Origin: Malacoraja senta
Taxonomy: Eukaryota
Length of the DNA stretch: 64,000 bases
Direction: 5' to 3'
Assembly (NCBI GenBank): GCA_038087875.1
Contig: CM075988.1
Coordinates: 4,092,001-4,156,000, forward strand
In this document: positions 11,591 through 23,508 of the stretch, piece by piece
How the letters are laid out: each line of letters starts with the position of its first letter
How positions within the stretch are numbered: position 1 is the stretch's first letter
Made by a program: the position numbers and the translations under genes
The notes under the pieces: model-generated
The model's input: the letters and a program-made list of their open reading frames with translations, nothing else
Told to the model about the DNA's origin: nothing
Database searches by the model: none

Positions 11591-12621
11591 GTTTTTTGTG
11601 TCTATCTTCGGTTTAAACCAGCAACTGCAGTTCCTTCCTACACAGGAAGTTGAGGCAGGTACTTTAACAACATAAAAAATATATTTAGATAGGTACTTGG
11701 ATAGGAAAGGTTTAGAGAGCGATGGGCCGAATGCGTGAGGTGGGAGCAGCGTAGGTGGGTAATCTAACAAGTATGGTCGTCGGGCTTGTTTCCGCACTGT
11801 ATGAATCTATGACTCTACGACTTCATTTCTCTTACCGATTTAACATTTTTCCTTTTCCAAACACAGCATTGAATTCATTCATAGTATGATTGCAAATTAG
11901 ATAAACGTCCACACACTATTAGCTTGGTAATAACATGTGGCTCATTAGGTATCCCTGACTAGAGGGAAGTTTTTCACCCTGTCGACTCTCAGACAAACTG
12001 TCCTGAAGACTTCATCAAGATCGGAAAAGATCTGGTCGGCTTTTGCCAATCTATTGGAAGTTAAAATGCCCCATTAATGCCTCGCTGACTTTGATACACA
12101 CAAGGGGAGGTCCAGATTTTGACCACCCCTGTGCACAACGTACTGCCTACAATCATTGTGAAATTCTAGGAATGTAGACCATGGAAAGCAGGACAATACA
12201 GCACAGGAACAGGCCCTTTGGCCCATAGTGTTGGTGCCGAACATGATACCTCTCTGAACTGATCTCCTCTGCCTGAATATCCCTCTATTCCCTACACTTC
12301 CAAGTGCCTATCCAAAGGCCTCTAAACGTCACTATTGTGTATGACTCCGTCCCTGGCGATGTGCTCCAGGCACCCCACCACTGTGTCAATAACTTGCTCT
12401 GCACATCTCCTTTAAACTTCCCCCCTCTCACCTTATAGCTATGGCCTCCAGTGCTCATATGTGATAGGAGCAGAAATAGGCCATTTGTCCCAACAAGTCT
12501 ACTCTGCCTATTCAATCATGTCTGAACTATCTCTCCCTCCTAACCCCCTTTGCCTGCCTTCTCCCCATAACCTCTACATTTATACCCTAACTTTATCCAT
12601 CATTTGTATATACTTCTATCA

Positions 12622-12935
12622 AGGGCGGCATGATGGTGCAGCGGTAGAGTTGCTGCCTTACAGCGCCAGAGACCTGGGTTCCCTCCTGAGTATGTGTGCT
12701 GTCTCTACGCAGTTTGTACGTTCTCCCCGTGACCTGCGTGGGTTTTCTCCGAAATCTTCGGTTTCCTCACACACACCAAAGACGTACAAGTCTGTAGGTT
12801 AATTGGATTGATTATAAATGTAAAATTGTCCTTGTAGTGTGTTTGGGGCAGTGTTAATGTGCAGGGATCGCTGGTCGGTGCGGACTCGTGAGCCGAATGG
12901 CCTGTTTCCGCGCTGTATGTCTAAAACAAAAACAA
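12622..12935 (+). mobile_element. HE1-like SINE
   Basis: ggcggcatgatggtgcagcggtagagttgctgccttacagcgccagagacc head, conserved body, A-rich tail. Confidence 0.85.
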
Positions 12936-13024
12936 AATATAAGTCTCCATTTTCAAGATTCATGTATCCTGATCTAAACATCCTCTACTGAGAACATAAT
13001 TTATTCCTAATATGCAGAGCTTGA

Positions 13025-13224
13025 NNNNNNNNNNNNNNNNNNNNNNNNNNNNNNNNNNNNNNNNNNNNNNNNNNNNNNNNNNNNNNNNNNNNNNNNNNNN
13101 NNNNNNNNNNNNNNNNNNNNNNNNNNNNNNNNNNNNNNNNNNNNNNNNNNNNNNNNNNNNNNNNNNNNNNNNNNNNNNNNNNNNNNNNNNNNNNNNNNNN
13201 NNNNNNNNNNNNNNNNNNNNNNNN
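13025..13224. other. Assembly gap (200 N)
   Basis: Run of N; the round length suggests a scaffold join of unknown true size. Confidence 0.98.
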
Positions 13225-13601
13225 GAAAAGTTGGAGACAAGGCACCCTGCAAAGCAGTCGCTCAGCGGGATTGCATTCAGACTCTTGGTGACATGTTGAA
13301 GCGGCCAAATCCGCGGGGGAGCTGTGAAAGGATCATTCCCAGCAATTCAGAAGCAGCTCAGTGTCTGGCACAGTGCCAACCTCCCTCTGCCTTACCCCCA
13401 ACCCCCTCCCTCTGCCACAGTTGAATCAGACCATTGTGCTGCTTTGGACGGCTACAATGCAACCTTCAAAGTCCCAAGCAAAAGGCCACGGGAGAGACAT
13501 GTCACACGGTCACAGTCACTTGCAGCGGTAAGGCGTCAGCACTCCCCATCCCAGTTTGTGCAGCGCACCATTTTTCGCGTCGGGCTAAAATAACACAAAG
13601 T

Positions 13602-14010
13602 GCTGGAAGCACCATCGAGGGGATCTATCACAGTCGCTGCCTCAAAAAGGCTGGCAGCATCATCAAGGACCCACACCATCCTGGCCACACACTCATCTCC
13701 CCCCTACCTTCAGGTAGAAGGTACAGGAGCCTGAAGACTGCAACGTCCAGGTTCAGAAACAGCTACTTCCCCACAGCCATCAGGCTATTGAACTCAACTC
13801 AAACAAAACTCTGAACATTAATAGCCCATTATCTGTTTATTTGCATTTTATCTGTTTTATTTATTCATGTGTGTATATATTTATACAATGGTATATGGAC
13901 ACACTGATCTGTTCTGTATTCATGCCTTCTATAATCTGTTGTGTTGAAGCAAAGCAAGAATTTAATTGTCCTATCTGGGACATATGACAAGAAACTCTCT
14001 TGAATCTTGA
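13602..14010 (+). mobile_element. Rex1/Babar non-LTR retrotransposon 3' fragment
   Basis: RCLKKAGSIIKDPHHPGHTLISPLPSGRRYRSLKTATSRFRNSYFPTAIRLLN, followed by a UTR ending ctcttgaatcttga. Confidence 0.85.
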
Positions 14011-14702
14011 AGTAACTCAGCGTGTCCGGCAGCAACTCAGGAGAACATGGACTCATGATTGAAAGATGCAGCACAAAAACCTTTGGCTCACCGAGACCAC
14101 TCCGACCATCGATCACCCGTTCACACTGGATCTATGTTGTACCACGTTTGCGTCCCCTCCCTACACACTCGAGGCAATTTTACAGAGGCCAATAACCTAC
14201 AAACTCCTAACAGACAGCACCCGAGGTCGGGATCGAAGCCAAGTCTTGGGAGCTCTACAGCCTTGCCATTAATGTACAGAGGGAACTCAGTGCAGTGTTT
14301 TAAATGCACCAATGCACCTCTCTTCTCACTACCTCTTCAGCCCATCATGTCTGAAGAACCCAGGGAAAACTTGTTATTCCATTAAAGCCACTTTAAATGC
14401 ATGTTTCCTATGAGAACATTGCAAAAATAGTTTTGCAAATGCCAACAATTGGGTGCCCATAACGTTAGTGATTTGTGTTGTGTGGTATAGAACTCCAAAC
14501 TCACGCAGTCTATTGAGGTTCACAATGTCAGGGTGCCGGGCATGTGGAGTACAGGGGATTGGCGACCAGGAATATCATGGGCCCAGAATATTGGAGTAAC
14601 AAGGGCCCAGATATTGGCTATCAAGGGTTTGCATATTAGAGAACTGGGTTACCAAGGGTTTGGAGATTGAGGACCTGCAATATCAAGGATTGGAGCTTGA
14701 GG

Positions 14703-15055
14703 AAAGTCAAAGTCAATTTTATTCGTCATATGCACCCGAAGGTGCAGTGAAATGAATTTGCCAGCAGCGATACACTTAAAAGAACACACAATACACAATA
14801 GAATTTAACACAAACATCCACCACAGCATTCTTCACTGTGGTGGAAGGCAACAAAGTTCAGCCAGTCCTCTCCTTTGTTCACCCGTGGTCGGGGCCATAA
14901 ACCCTCCGTAGTTGCTGCGACGGACGGCCCGATGTACAGGCCCTCTCGTCGGGATGATCAAACTTCTGATGTCGGGATGGTCAAACACACTCCACGGTTT
15001 GGAGCGCCCGAATTGGCACTTTCCTACCGGAGACCGCGGCTTCAGGATGTTATAC
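14703..15055 (-). mobile_element. Non-coding retroposon-like repeat, 3' part
   Basis: Reverse-complement similarity to 26635-26967 (e.g. tgttcacccgtggtcggggcc..aaccctccg, cggcc.gatgtacaggccctctcg). Confidence 0.75.
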
Positions 15056-15198
15056 GATTAGGGGTATCAGGGGTTTGCAGATTGGGGTCCTGCGGCATCA
15101 CGGGTCAGATGATGGAAATCTGGGGTACTAGGAAATTGGAACCTGGGATATCAAAGATTTGGAGATTGTGGATCTTGGGTATCAAGGGTTTGGAGATT

Positions 15199-15360
15199 GG
15201 GATCTGAGGCATAACAGGTCTGGTGTTGGAGATCGGGGCACTGGGAAGCGAGGGATCTGAGGCATAACAGGTCTGGTGTTGGAGATCGGGGCTCTGGGAT
15301 GCGAGGGATCTGAGGCATAACAGGTCTGGTGTTGGAGATCGGGGCTCTGGGATGCGAGGG
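15199..15360 (+). repeat. 53-bp minisatellite x3 within a degenerate G-rich tandem array
   Basis: gggatctgaggcataacaggtctggtgttggagatcgggg units start at 15199, 15252 and 15305; related degenerate units (tatcaagggtttggagatt) at ~14590-14700 and 15060-15200. Confidence 0.9.
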
Positions 15361-15609
15361 AAAGGCAGATTAAGCACCCGGCGCATCAGCAACATCCAGG
15401 TAGACCCAGTTGTAGGTGTTTGGGAAAACTGCCAGTTGGGCCTGCTCCACTCTGGTGGGGGTTTCATCGAGAGTGATTGCGTAATGCGGGCTGGGGAGGG
15501 GAATGAGGAGATGGAGGATAAAGGCAAGTTAGCAGCAAGAGATTTGTGAGCCTGAATGCCACAGTAGTGCTCATGGTAATGGCGATGGTCCTTACTGTAG
15601 ATCTCAGCT

Positions 15610-15930
15610 CAGATGTTGAGGGAGTCCAGAACCAGGGGTCGCAGTTTAAGAATAAGGGGTTGGCCATTTGGGACTGAGATGAAAAACCTTTTCACCCAGA
15701 GAGTTGTGAATCTGTGGAATTCTCTGCCACAGAAGGCAGTGGAGGCCAATTCACTGGATGTTTACAAGAGAGAGTTAGATTTAGCTCTAAGGGCTAACGG
15801 AATCAAGGGATATGGGGAAATAGCAGGATTGGGGTACTGATTTTAGATGATCAGCTATGATCATGCTGGCTCGAAGGGCTGAATGGCCTAGTCCTGCACC
15901 TATTTTTCTATGTTCTATGTTTCTATGTTT
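15610..15930 (+). mobile_element. CR1 LINE 3' end
   Basis: ESRTRGRSLRIRG...FTQRVVNLWNSLPQKAVEA, UTR and (tctatgtt)n tail. Confidence 0.88.
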
Positions 15931-16114
15931 CCTCTGCTAAAGGAGGTGTTGGTTGAGGCATTTTCCATGTGATATTCAAGTGCACCTTGAAACCTTGGCA
16001 GCTATCATATGTACTTGTGTCGCAAAGAAAGAGAGAACGAGCAGACGTAATCGGTGCTCACAGCACTCCAGTCTTTGTGAGTTCTGGTTGCTCGCATGAA
16101 AGTTGCCCGCATAA

Positions 16115-16425
16115 TGGGCGGCACAGCTGGTGGCACTGCCCGCAGCGCCAGAGAGCCAGGTTCAATCCTGACCTCGGTTGCTGTCTGTGTGGAGTTGGCA
16201 CGTTCTCCCGGTGACCCCGCGGGTTTCCCCCGAGAACTCCGGTTTCCTCCCCCATCCAAAGACATGGGGGTTCGGAGGTTAATTGGCCTCTGATAAATTG
16301 CCGCAAGTGTGTAGGGAATGGATGCAAAAGTGGGGATAACAGAACTAGTATGAACTGTTGACTACTGTTCGGCATGGGCTTGGTGGGCCGAAGGGCCTGA
16401 TTCCATGCTGTATCATTCAATCAAT
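16115..16425 (+). mobile_element. HE1-like SINE
   Basis: ggttcaatcc B box, conserved body, gggccgaagggcctg 3' end, (caat)n tail. Confidence 0.8.
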
Positions 16426-17676
16426 GAGGATACAGTACAGATGCTGTTCATTCAAATGTTTATTGAAGTAAATTCTGCCTGTATTATTTTAGGCCACGGA
16501 TGCAATTTCTACGCTATAAAAATTATAGTTATTTTCCAGGCAGCTGCTTCATGTACCTATTTAAATATGTAGCTGAATATTGTGAGAATACTTTTAAAAA
16601 TGCCGCTGTGATCTTCGGGTCAACGTAAATCCATTAAATACTCAGGGGAGACCAGCGCAGCTTTGACAATGATGTATGGGGCTCCCAATTTATGAGTGGA
16701 AGCATGATAGGAGTCTTTATTAGACCAGTAGGTCAGGTGAAAGTTGCAGAGTTAGTTGTTACAAGGAGAGAGATAACGCTGTGAGAAAGCATTTTTTCCC
16801 AGTCCTCGGGTCACCCTGGATCAGATCCCAGCAGTCCGGCTGCTGTCGGAAGTGTGTCCATGCTACTTTTTTTTAGTAAATACAGCGGTTGCTGCAGGTT
16901 GTTGCACTTAATCCAGTCATTATCCTACTTCATTTGAGAGCTCACACAGAGACACAGCACGAAACAGGCCCCTTTGGCTCTCTGAATGAGTAGCAACCAT
17001 CAACACCCTTTTCCACTAATCCTGCACAAATGCATTTCCACATTCTCATCACCTTGCCCCAGATTCCATCTCTCATCTCCACCACGGGCAATTCACAATG
17101 GCCAATCTCAAATGCCAAGGATGAGTTCTCAACCCTCCAATGGTTTAATGGTACTTTAGTGTCATATGTACCAAGATACAGTGAAATTCCTTTTTTCCCC
17201 ATACCGTTTCATAGAAATATTAGTATACATAAGCACAAATGTACATGAATAATACACCGAGAGTATAACCATATAACCATATAACAATTACAGCACTGAA
17301 ACAGGCCATCTTGGCCCTTCTAGTCCGTGCCGAAAACTTATTCTCACCTAGTCCCATCTACCTGCACTCAGACCATAACCCTCCATTCCTTTCCCGTCCA
17401 TATACCTATTTTCCCGTCCATATACCTACAAGAATCTATTTAATTGCTGCTCTTACACTTGTTTTTAACCTGCACTTTCTTTAGCTGTAACTCTATATTT
17501 TGCACAATGACCTCACTGGAGACACTCAGCCTTTCTTTAATTGGACTTTACTTGGCTTTATCTTGCATTAACGCATTCCCTTTATTCTGTATCAGTATAT
17601 AATGGATGGCTCGATTGTAATCATGTATGGTCTTTCCGCCGACTGGATAGCGCACGACAAAAGCCTTTCACTGTAG

Positions 17677-17985
17677 GGTGGTCACGGTGGCACTGCGGAA
17701 CAGTTGTTGCCTTACAGCGCTTGCAGCGCCAGAGACCCAGGTTAGATCCCGACCATGGGTGCTGTCTGTACGGAGCTTGTACGTTCTCCCGTGACCTGCG
17801 TGGGTTTTCTCCGAGATCTTCGGTTTCCTCCCACACCCCAAAGACGTACAGGGTTGTAGGTAAGTTGGCTTGGTATAAATGTACCATTGTCCCTCGTGTG
17901 TGTAGGATGGTGTTAATGTGCGGGGAACGCAGGGCGGTGCAGAATTGGACAGTTTCCGCGTTGTATCTCTAAACTACACTCAACT
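17677..17985 (+). mobile_element. HE1-like SINE (variant with a short duplication between the A and B boxes)
   Basis: gccttacagcgcttgcagcgccagagacc; a similar insertion occurs in copies near 34935, 36945 and 53410. Confidence 0.82.
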
Positions 17986-18288
17986 AAATGACTTCAGTAC
18001 ACATGACCATAAACTAAAGTGAATATTAGACTTCTCTTCTGCACTACCTTTTACTGTATACTCACGTATGGCGTGATTTGCGTAGATTTCATGCAAAACA
18101 GTTTTTCCCCAGTGTCTCGGTACACGTGACAATATTAATAACCAGTAAACCTGCCAGTAATTAACAATGTTGTCACATGTGGTCCTTTAGGGACACAGAC
18201 GTGATGGCATTTTTCATTTGTTGGAAGGTGAAACAGATGAGTCAAAGCTAGTGTCACGAATCTGAACAAAAGCCAGCACAAAGGTACA

Positions 18289-18379
18289 GGGGTCATCTCG
18301 ACCCGAAACGTCACCCATTCCTTCTCTCCAGAGATGCTGCCTGTCCCGCTGATTTACTCCAGTATTTTGTGTCTAACTT
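18289..18379 (+). mobile_element. Very short Penelope pLTR insertion with 12-bp TSD
   Basis: cacaaaggtaca at 18277-18288 and 18380-18391 flanks tctcgacccgaaacgtcaccc...gtgtct. Confidence 0.8.
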
Positions 18380-18414
18380 CACAAAGGTACAAGGCACAGA
18401 TTGGCAATGAAAGA

Positions 18415-18968
18415 ACATAGAATCATAGAAATACAGAAACATTGAGAATTGGTGCAGGAGTAGGCATTCGGCCCTTCGAGCCAGCACTGCCATTCAATGT
18501 GATCATGGCTGATCATCCAAAATCAGTACCTCGTTCCTGCTTTCTCCCCGAATCCTTTGATTCCATTAGCCCTAAGAGCTATTTCTAACTCTCTCTTGAA
18601 AACATCCAGTGAATTTGCCTCCACTGCCTTCTGTGGCTGAAAATTCCACAGATTCACAACTCTCTGGGTGAAAAGGTTTTTCCTCATCTCAGTCCTAAAT
18701 GGCCTACCCCTTATTCTTAAATTGTGACCCCTGGTTCTGGACTCACCCAACATCAGGAACATTTTTCCTGCAGCTAGCCTGTCCAATCCCTTAAGAATTT
18801 TATGTCTCTAAAAGATGCCCTCTCATCCTTCTAAATTCCAGTGAATACAAGTCCATTCTTTCATCATATGTCAGTCCCGCCATCCCGGGAATTAATTTGG
18901 TGAACCTACGCTGAACTCCCTTAATAGCAAGAATGTCCTTCCTCAAATTGGGAGACCAAAACTGCACC
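18415..18968 (-). mobile_element. CR1 LINE 3' fragment
   Basis: VQFWSPNLRKDILAIKGVQRRFTKLIPG...; ESRTRGHNLRIRG...FTQRVVNLWN. Confidence 0.88.
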
Positions 18969-19114
18969 CAATAAACAACAAAATACAACACAGGAACAGG
19001 CCTTTCAGTCCATAATGTCCGCAACAAAGATGATGTCAAGTAACAATCACAATCAGTCCAAGGAAGGGTCCTGACACCACGGATGCCGCCTGACCCGCTG
19101 AGTTACTCAAGCAC

Positions 19115-19425
19115 TTTTTTTAGTTTAGTTTAGAGATACAGCGTGGAAATAGTGTGGCAACCTTCGGCCCACCGAGTCCACGCCAACAAGCAGTCACCCC
19201 GCACATTAGCACTAACCTACACACTGGGGGCAATTTACAATGTACAGAATCCAATCAATCTGCAAACCTGTAAGTCTTCGGAGTGTTGGAGGAAACCGGA
19301 GCACCTTGAGAAAACCCACGCGGTCACAGGGAGAATGCACAAACTCCGTACATACAGCAAGATCGAACTCGGGTCTCTGGCGGTATAAGGCAGCAAATCG
19401 ACCACTACGCCGCTACTCCACCATG
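19115..19425 (-). mobile_element. HE1-like SINE
   Basis: (tttag)n tail, then the reverse-complement body and head. Confidence 0.8.
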
Positions 19426-19451
19426 TTCTACTGAATATTATTTCATTCTAA

Positions 19452-20121
19452 AGGGGCTGTCCCACTTGGGGGACCTAATCTGCAAGTTTAGAAGAGTGTC
19501 TTTGACCTTCAAACTCGCAGCATGGTCGACACAAGGTCCTAGGAGGTCCGATGAGGTGGCTGGAACTCTCCTTCATGCTCGAAGGAAGATCCCGAATATT
19601 CCCGGCCTTAGCTAGGTTGCGTAACAATTTTCAGCATGTTGAAACATTTTCCGCGAGTAAAATTTGGTCGGCATGGTTCTTTTGAACTCGTAGTGCAGTG
19701 GAGTGGGGTCGCTATGTAGTTACAGGCAGTCGAGGGCAGCCGTAGGCAATCTCCTTCGCTGACCGGGCATTTTGATTGGCTCATTGGAGTTTTCAGGACC
19801 AAGGAAGACCCACCGGTAGGTAAAATGCCCGCTAAACTTTATTATACTTCTTAAAGTGTCTCCACTCCTTCTCCCCCCTTCTCCCCCTCCCCTACTCCCC
19901 CTTCTCTCCCCTTCTCTCTCCTTCTCTCTCCTTCTCTCTCCTTCTCTCTCCTTCTCCCCCCCTTCTCCACCCCCCCCCCCCCCCGCGCTCTCTAAAGGAC
20001 TTACCGTTACTGTGCAGCCGTTTACCTTCCTCTTCATCGCGGGTGTGAATTTCAGACAGTGCTCGCCCGCTTTCCCTGGCCCCCGCCTTTGCGATGTGTT
20101 TGTGTGTGTGTGTGTGCGTGC

Positions 20122-20166
<45 letters not shown>

Positions 20167-20785
20167 TAGCATGTGTGTGTGTGTGTGTAGCATGTGTGCG
20201 TGCGTGTGTGTGTATGTGTATGTGTGTGTGCGTGTGCATGTGTGTGTGTGTGCGTGTAGCGTGTGTGCGTGCGTGTGTGTGTAGCATGTGTGTGTGTGTG
20301 TGTAGCATGTGTGTGTGCGTGTGCGTGTGTGTGCGTGTAGCGTGTGTGCGTGCGTGTGTGTGTGTTTGTATGTGTGTAGCATGTGTGTGTGTGTGTAGCA
20401 TGTGTGCGTGCGTGTGCACGTGTGTGTGTGTGCGTGTAGCGTGTGTGCGTGCATGTGTGTGTGTGTGTAGCATATGTGCGTGCGTGTGTGTGTGTGTGTA
20501 TGTGTGTAGCATGTGTGTGTGTGTGTGTAGCGTGTGTGCGTCCGTGTGCACGTGTGCGTGTAGCGTGTGTGCGTGCGTGTGTGTTTGTGTGTAGCGTGTG
20601 TGCGTGCATGCGTGTGCGCGCGTGTGTGTGTGTGTGTGTGTATGTGTGTGTGTGCGTGCGTGCGTGTGTGTATGTGTGCGGTCGTTCGATCCAGCTCGAG
20701 GCTTTCCAGGCGAGTTCCCTCGAGCTTGAAGGTCGAAGACACTCTTCTGGATCGCGGATTAGGTCGCCCAAGTGGGACAGGCCCT
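19452..20785. mobile_element. Harbinger-like MITE carrying CT-rich and compound (TG)n tracts
   Basis: TIRs aggggctgtcccacttggg..gacctaatc / gattaggtcgcccaagtgggacaggccct; subterminal inverted match gaagagtgtctttgaccttcaa / ttgaaggtcgaagacactcttc. Confidence 0.82.
20094..20679. repeat. Compound (TG)n microsatellite with tagca/tgcg interruptions
   Basis: Read directly; source of the spurious His/Thr and Cys/Val ORFs. Confidence 0.97.
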
Positions 20786-21179
20786 TTACTCTACAGGGGA
20801 CTGAGACTTTAGATAACTAGTGATGTCTGAAAATGGCACTTGCTGAAAGAGACACAATTCAGGACAGGCTGTCAGGTTCTGTACATCTGTCTGTCCATTT
20901 TTCTCCACAGATGTTGCCTGACCTGCTGAGTTCCTGCAACAGTTTGTTTTCTGCTCAAGATTACAGCATCTGCAGTCCTTGTGCGTGCACAGGTTGGTAA
21001 CTCTCTGATGTCTGATCTGACAGATGTAATATAGCTCAGAGATTCATAAAAGCTGGTTAGGGAGTTACTGTCTTCGCTAAAGATGCTAACTTTATTCTTG
21101 CTGTACAGTTGGCTAGTGTACAGTTGGGAAAGAGGTGCTTTGTATTTGTTTAGACTTGACGTGTGTGATACTGCGCGAA

Positions 21180-21665
21180 AAGAAAAACATAGAAAAAAAA
21201 TAGGTGCAGGAGTAGGCCATTCGGCCTTCGAGCTAGCACCACCATCCAATATGATCATGGCTAGCACCACCATCCAATATAATATGATCATCTAATATCA
21301 GTACCCGCGTTCCTGCTTTTTCTCCATATCCCTTGATTCCTTTAATCCTAAGAGCTAAATCCAACTCTCTCTTGAAGACATCCAGTGATGTATCCCTTCG
21401 GCCACACTGTGGGCCTCGACGACCAGTGATCACCCCGTACTCTAGCACTACCCTACACACTAGGATCAATTTCCAATTTTACCGAAGCCAATTAACCTAC
21501 AAACCTGCACGTCTATGGAATGTGGGAGGAAACCGGAGCACCTGGAGAAAACCCACGCGGTCACAGGGAGAATGTGCAAACTCCATACAGACAGCACCCG
21601 TACTCGGGACCCAAGCCGGGTCTCTGACGCTGCAAGGCAGCAACTCTACCACTGCGTCACCCGTA
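21180..21665 (-). mobile_element. CR1 3' tail (~21180-21390) abutting an HE1-like SINE (~21395-21665)
   Basis: ataggtgcaggagtaggccattcggcc CR1 tail; SINE body acaaacctgcacgtctatggaatgtgggaggaaaccggagca. Confidence 0.8.
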
Positions 21666-22038
21666 CTGCCCCCCCCCCCCAAGTGAGACAGCATGGAAGC
21701 AGGCCCTTCAGCCCGTCGAGTCCACACCGACCATGAAATGAAAAACAAAGTTAACGAGTACAATAGTTGGCAGCACAATAAACATGGACAGCAAAAACGC
21801 TGATGAGATTTCAGGCAGTAGACTGTGTCTAGAGCTTCACAAAACATGGGGCAAGTTGTGCCCACACACTTGCAGTTTCTTGCTTCATGTCCAGTAGACA
21901 GAGTTAACTGATGTGCTTAATCCCCCATTCACACTAATTCAGTTCAGTTCAGTTCAGTTTACTGTCACGTGGTACAGGTACAGTGAAAAGCTTTTGGGGC
22001 GTGCTATCCAGTCAGCAGAAACACAATACATGATTACA

Positions 22039-22157
22039 GAGGTGTCTGAAGAAGAGTTTCCAAAACGTTGCCTATTTCCTTCGCTCCATAGATGCTGCCT
22101 CACCCGCCGAGTTTCTCCAGCAACTTTGATTTTCCAGCATCTGCAGTTCCTTCTAAG
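22039..22157 (+). mobile_element. Short Penelope pLTR insertion with 10-bp TSD inside a Rex-type 3' tail
   Basis: catgattaca at 22029-22038 and 22158-22167; insert gtctgaagaagag...aaacgttgcc...ctgcagttccttct. Confidence 0.75.
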
Positions 22158-23065
22158 CATGATTACAATTGCTATTTAATTACATGATAACCAGTTGCCT
22201 GTTATCGCACTTTCCCATCCTCTCCCTACACACTAGGGGCAATTCCAGAGTCCAGTTAACCTACAAACCCGCACTAGCAAACCTGCATTCACCTACATCC
22301 TTTGGGATGAGGGAGGGAAACCGGAACACCCGGAATTAAACTCACGCGGGTCACAGGGAGAATGTGCAAACTCCACATGGGCAGCACCCGAGGGCAGGTG
22401 CCGACCCGGTGCCTCTGGCGCTGTGATGCAGCAGCATCTGCAGATCTACCAGCTGTGCTGCCCTTTGCATCGCTGTGCGGTGCGGTTAGCATCAATCAAC
22501 ACTGCTTTATACCCACACCATCTGTTAAATTGCACAATGCAATACAAAGCTGTGTAGTTCAAATCTTATTCCAACGTACTGGGACATTTACTCAGCATAT
22601 TCACAGATTCTGCTCAGGCAGGCAGTCCATTAGGAGCACGGGTGCTTTGTTTTTTTGTGCATTCTGGGGGTGTCTGATGGCACTAATATAGGGAAGGCCA
22701 ACCCTTCTACACGGGGGGCGGGGGGGGGGGGGGTAAGATGTGCCTTACCGCCAGGTGAGTGGGTCTTTTATGAGCTTGTGTGCTCCTCCCTCTCTGACTG
22801 CTGTGTGCTCCTGAATCCTGGGCTTGTGTTGCTCCATATCGTGCAGGTTTGTGGGCTAATTGGCCTCTAGAAATCGCTCCTCGTGTGTTGGGAAGGAAAT
22901 CAGAAAATGGGATAATGGAGAACAAGTGTGAACGGGTGATCAATGGACTTGGTGGGCTGAAGGGCCTGTTTCTATGCTGTATCTTTCAATCATGCTGAAC
23001 ATTCCTTGTGCAGGACGCAAGAGTGCTGGAGTAACTCAGCGGGTCAGGCAGCATCTCTGGAGGAC

Positions 23066-23508
23066 TTGTATTCACTGACTAGGCTTGTATTCACTGGAGT
23101 TTAGAAGGATGAGGGGGTATCTTATAGAAACATATAACATTATAAAAGGACTGGACAAGCTAGATGCAGGAAAAATGTTCCCAATGTTGGGGAACCAGAA
23201 CCAGGGGCCACAGTCTTAGAATAAAGGGGAGGCCATTTAAGACTGTGAGAAAATACTTTTTCACCAGAGAGTTGTGAATTTGTGGAATTCCCTGCCACAG
23301 AGGGCAGTGGAGGCCAAATCACTGGATGGATTTAAGAGAGGGTTAGATAGAGCTCTAGGGGCTAGTGGAATCAAGGGATATGGGGAGAAGGCAGGCACGG
23401 GTTATTGATTGGGGACGATCAGCCATGATCACAATGAATGGCGGTGCTGGCTCGAAGGGCTGAATGGCCTCCTCCTGCACCTATTTTCTATGTTTCTATG
23501 TTTCTATG
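23066..23508 (+). mobile_element. CR1 3' end nested inside a Penelope pLTR fold-back (~23015-23665)
   Basis: CR1 C-terminus and tail; the host pLTR reads ...ctctggaggacttg | gacttggataggcgatgtttc... Confidence 0.82.

Noticed and set aside
12985..13308. ORFs spanning the N run
   Set aside because: Open only because N codons are not stops.
15199..15360. Regularly spaced repeats resembling a CRISPR array (also 44165-44285 and 10414-10508)
   Set aside because: Head-to-tail tandem units without unique spacers, no cas genes, vertebrate context.
19720..20820. Long His/Thr- and Cys/Val-rich ORFs (up to 340 aa)
   Set aside because: Translations of the (TG)n/(CA)n microsatellite, open in many frames on both strands.
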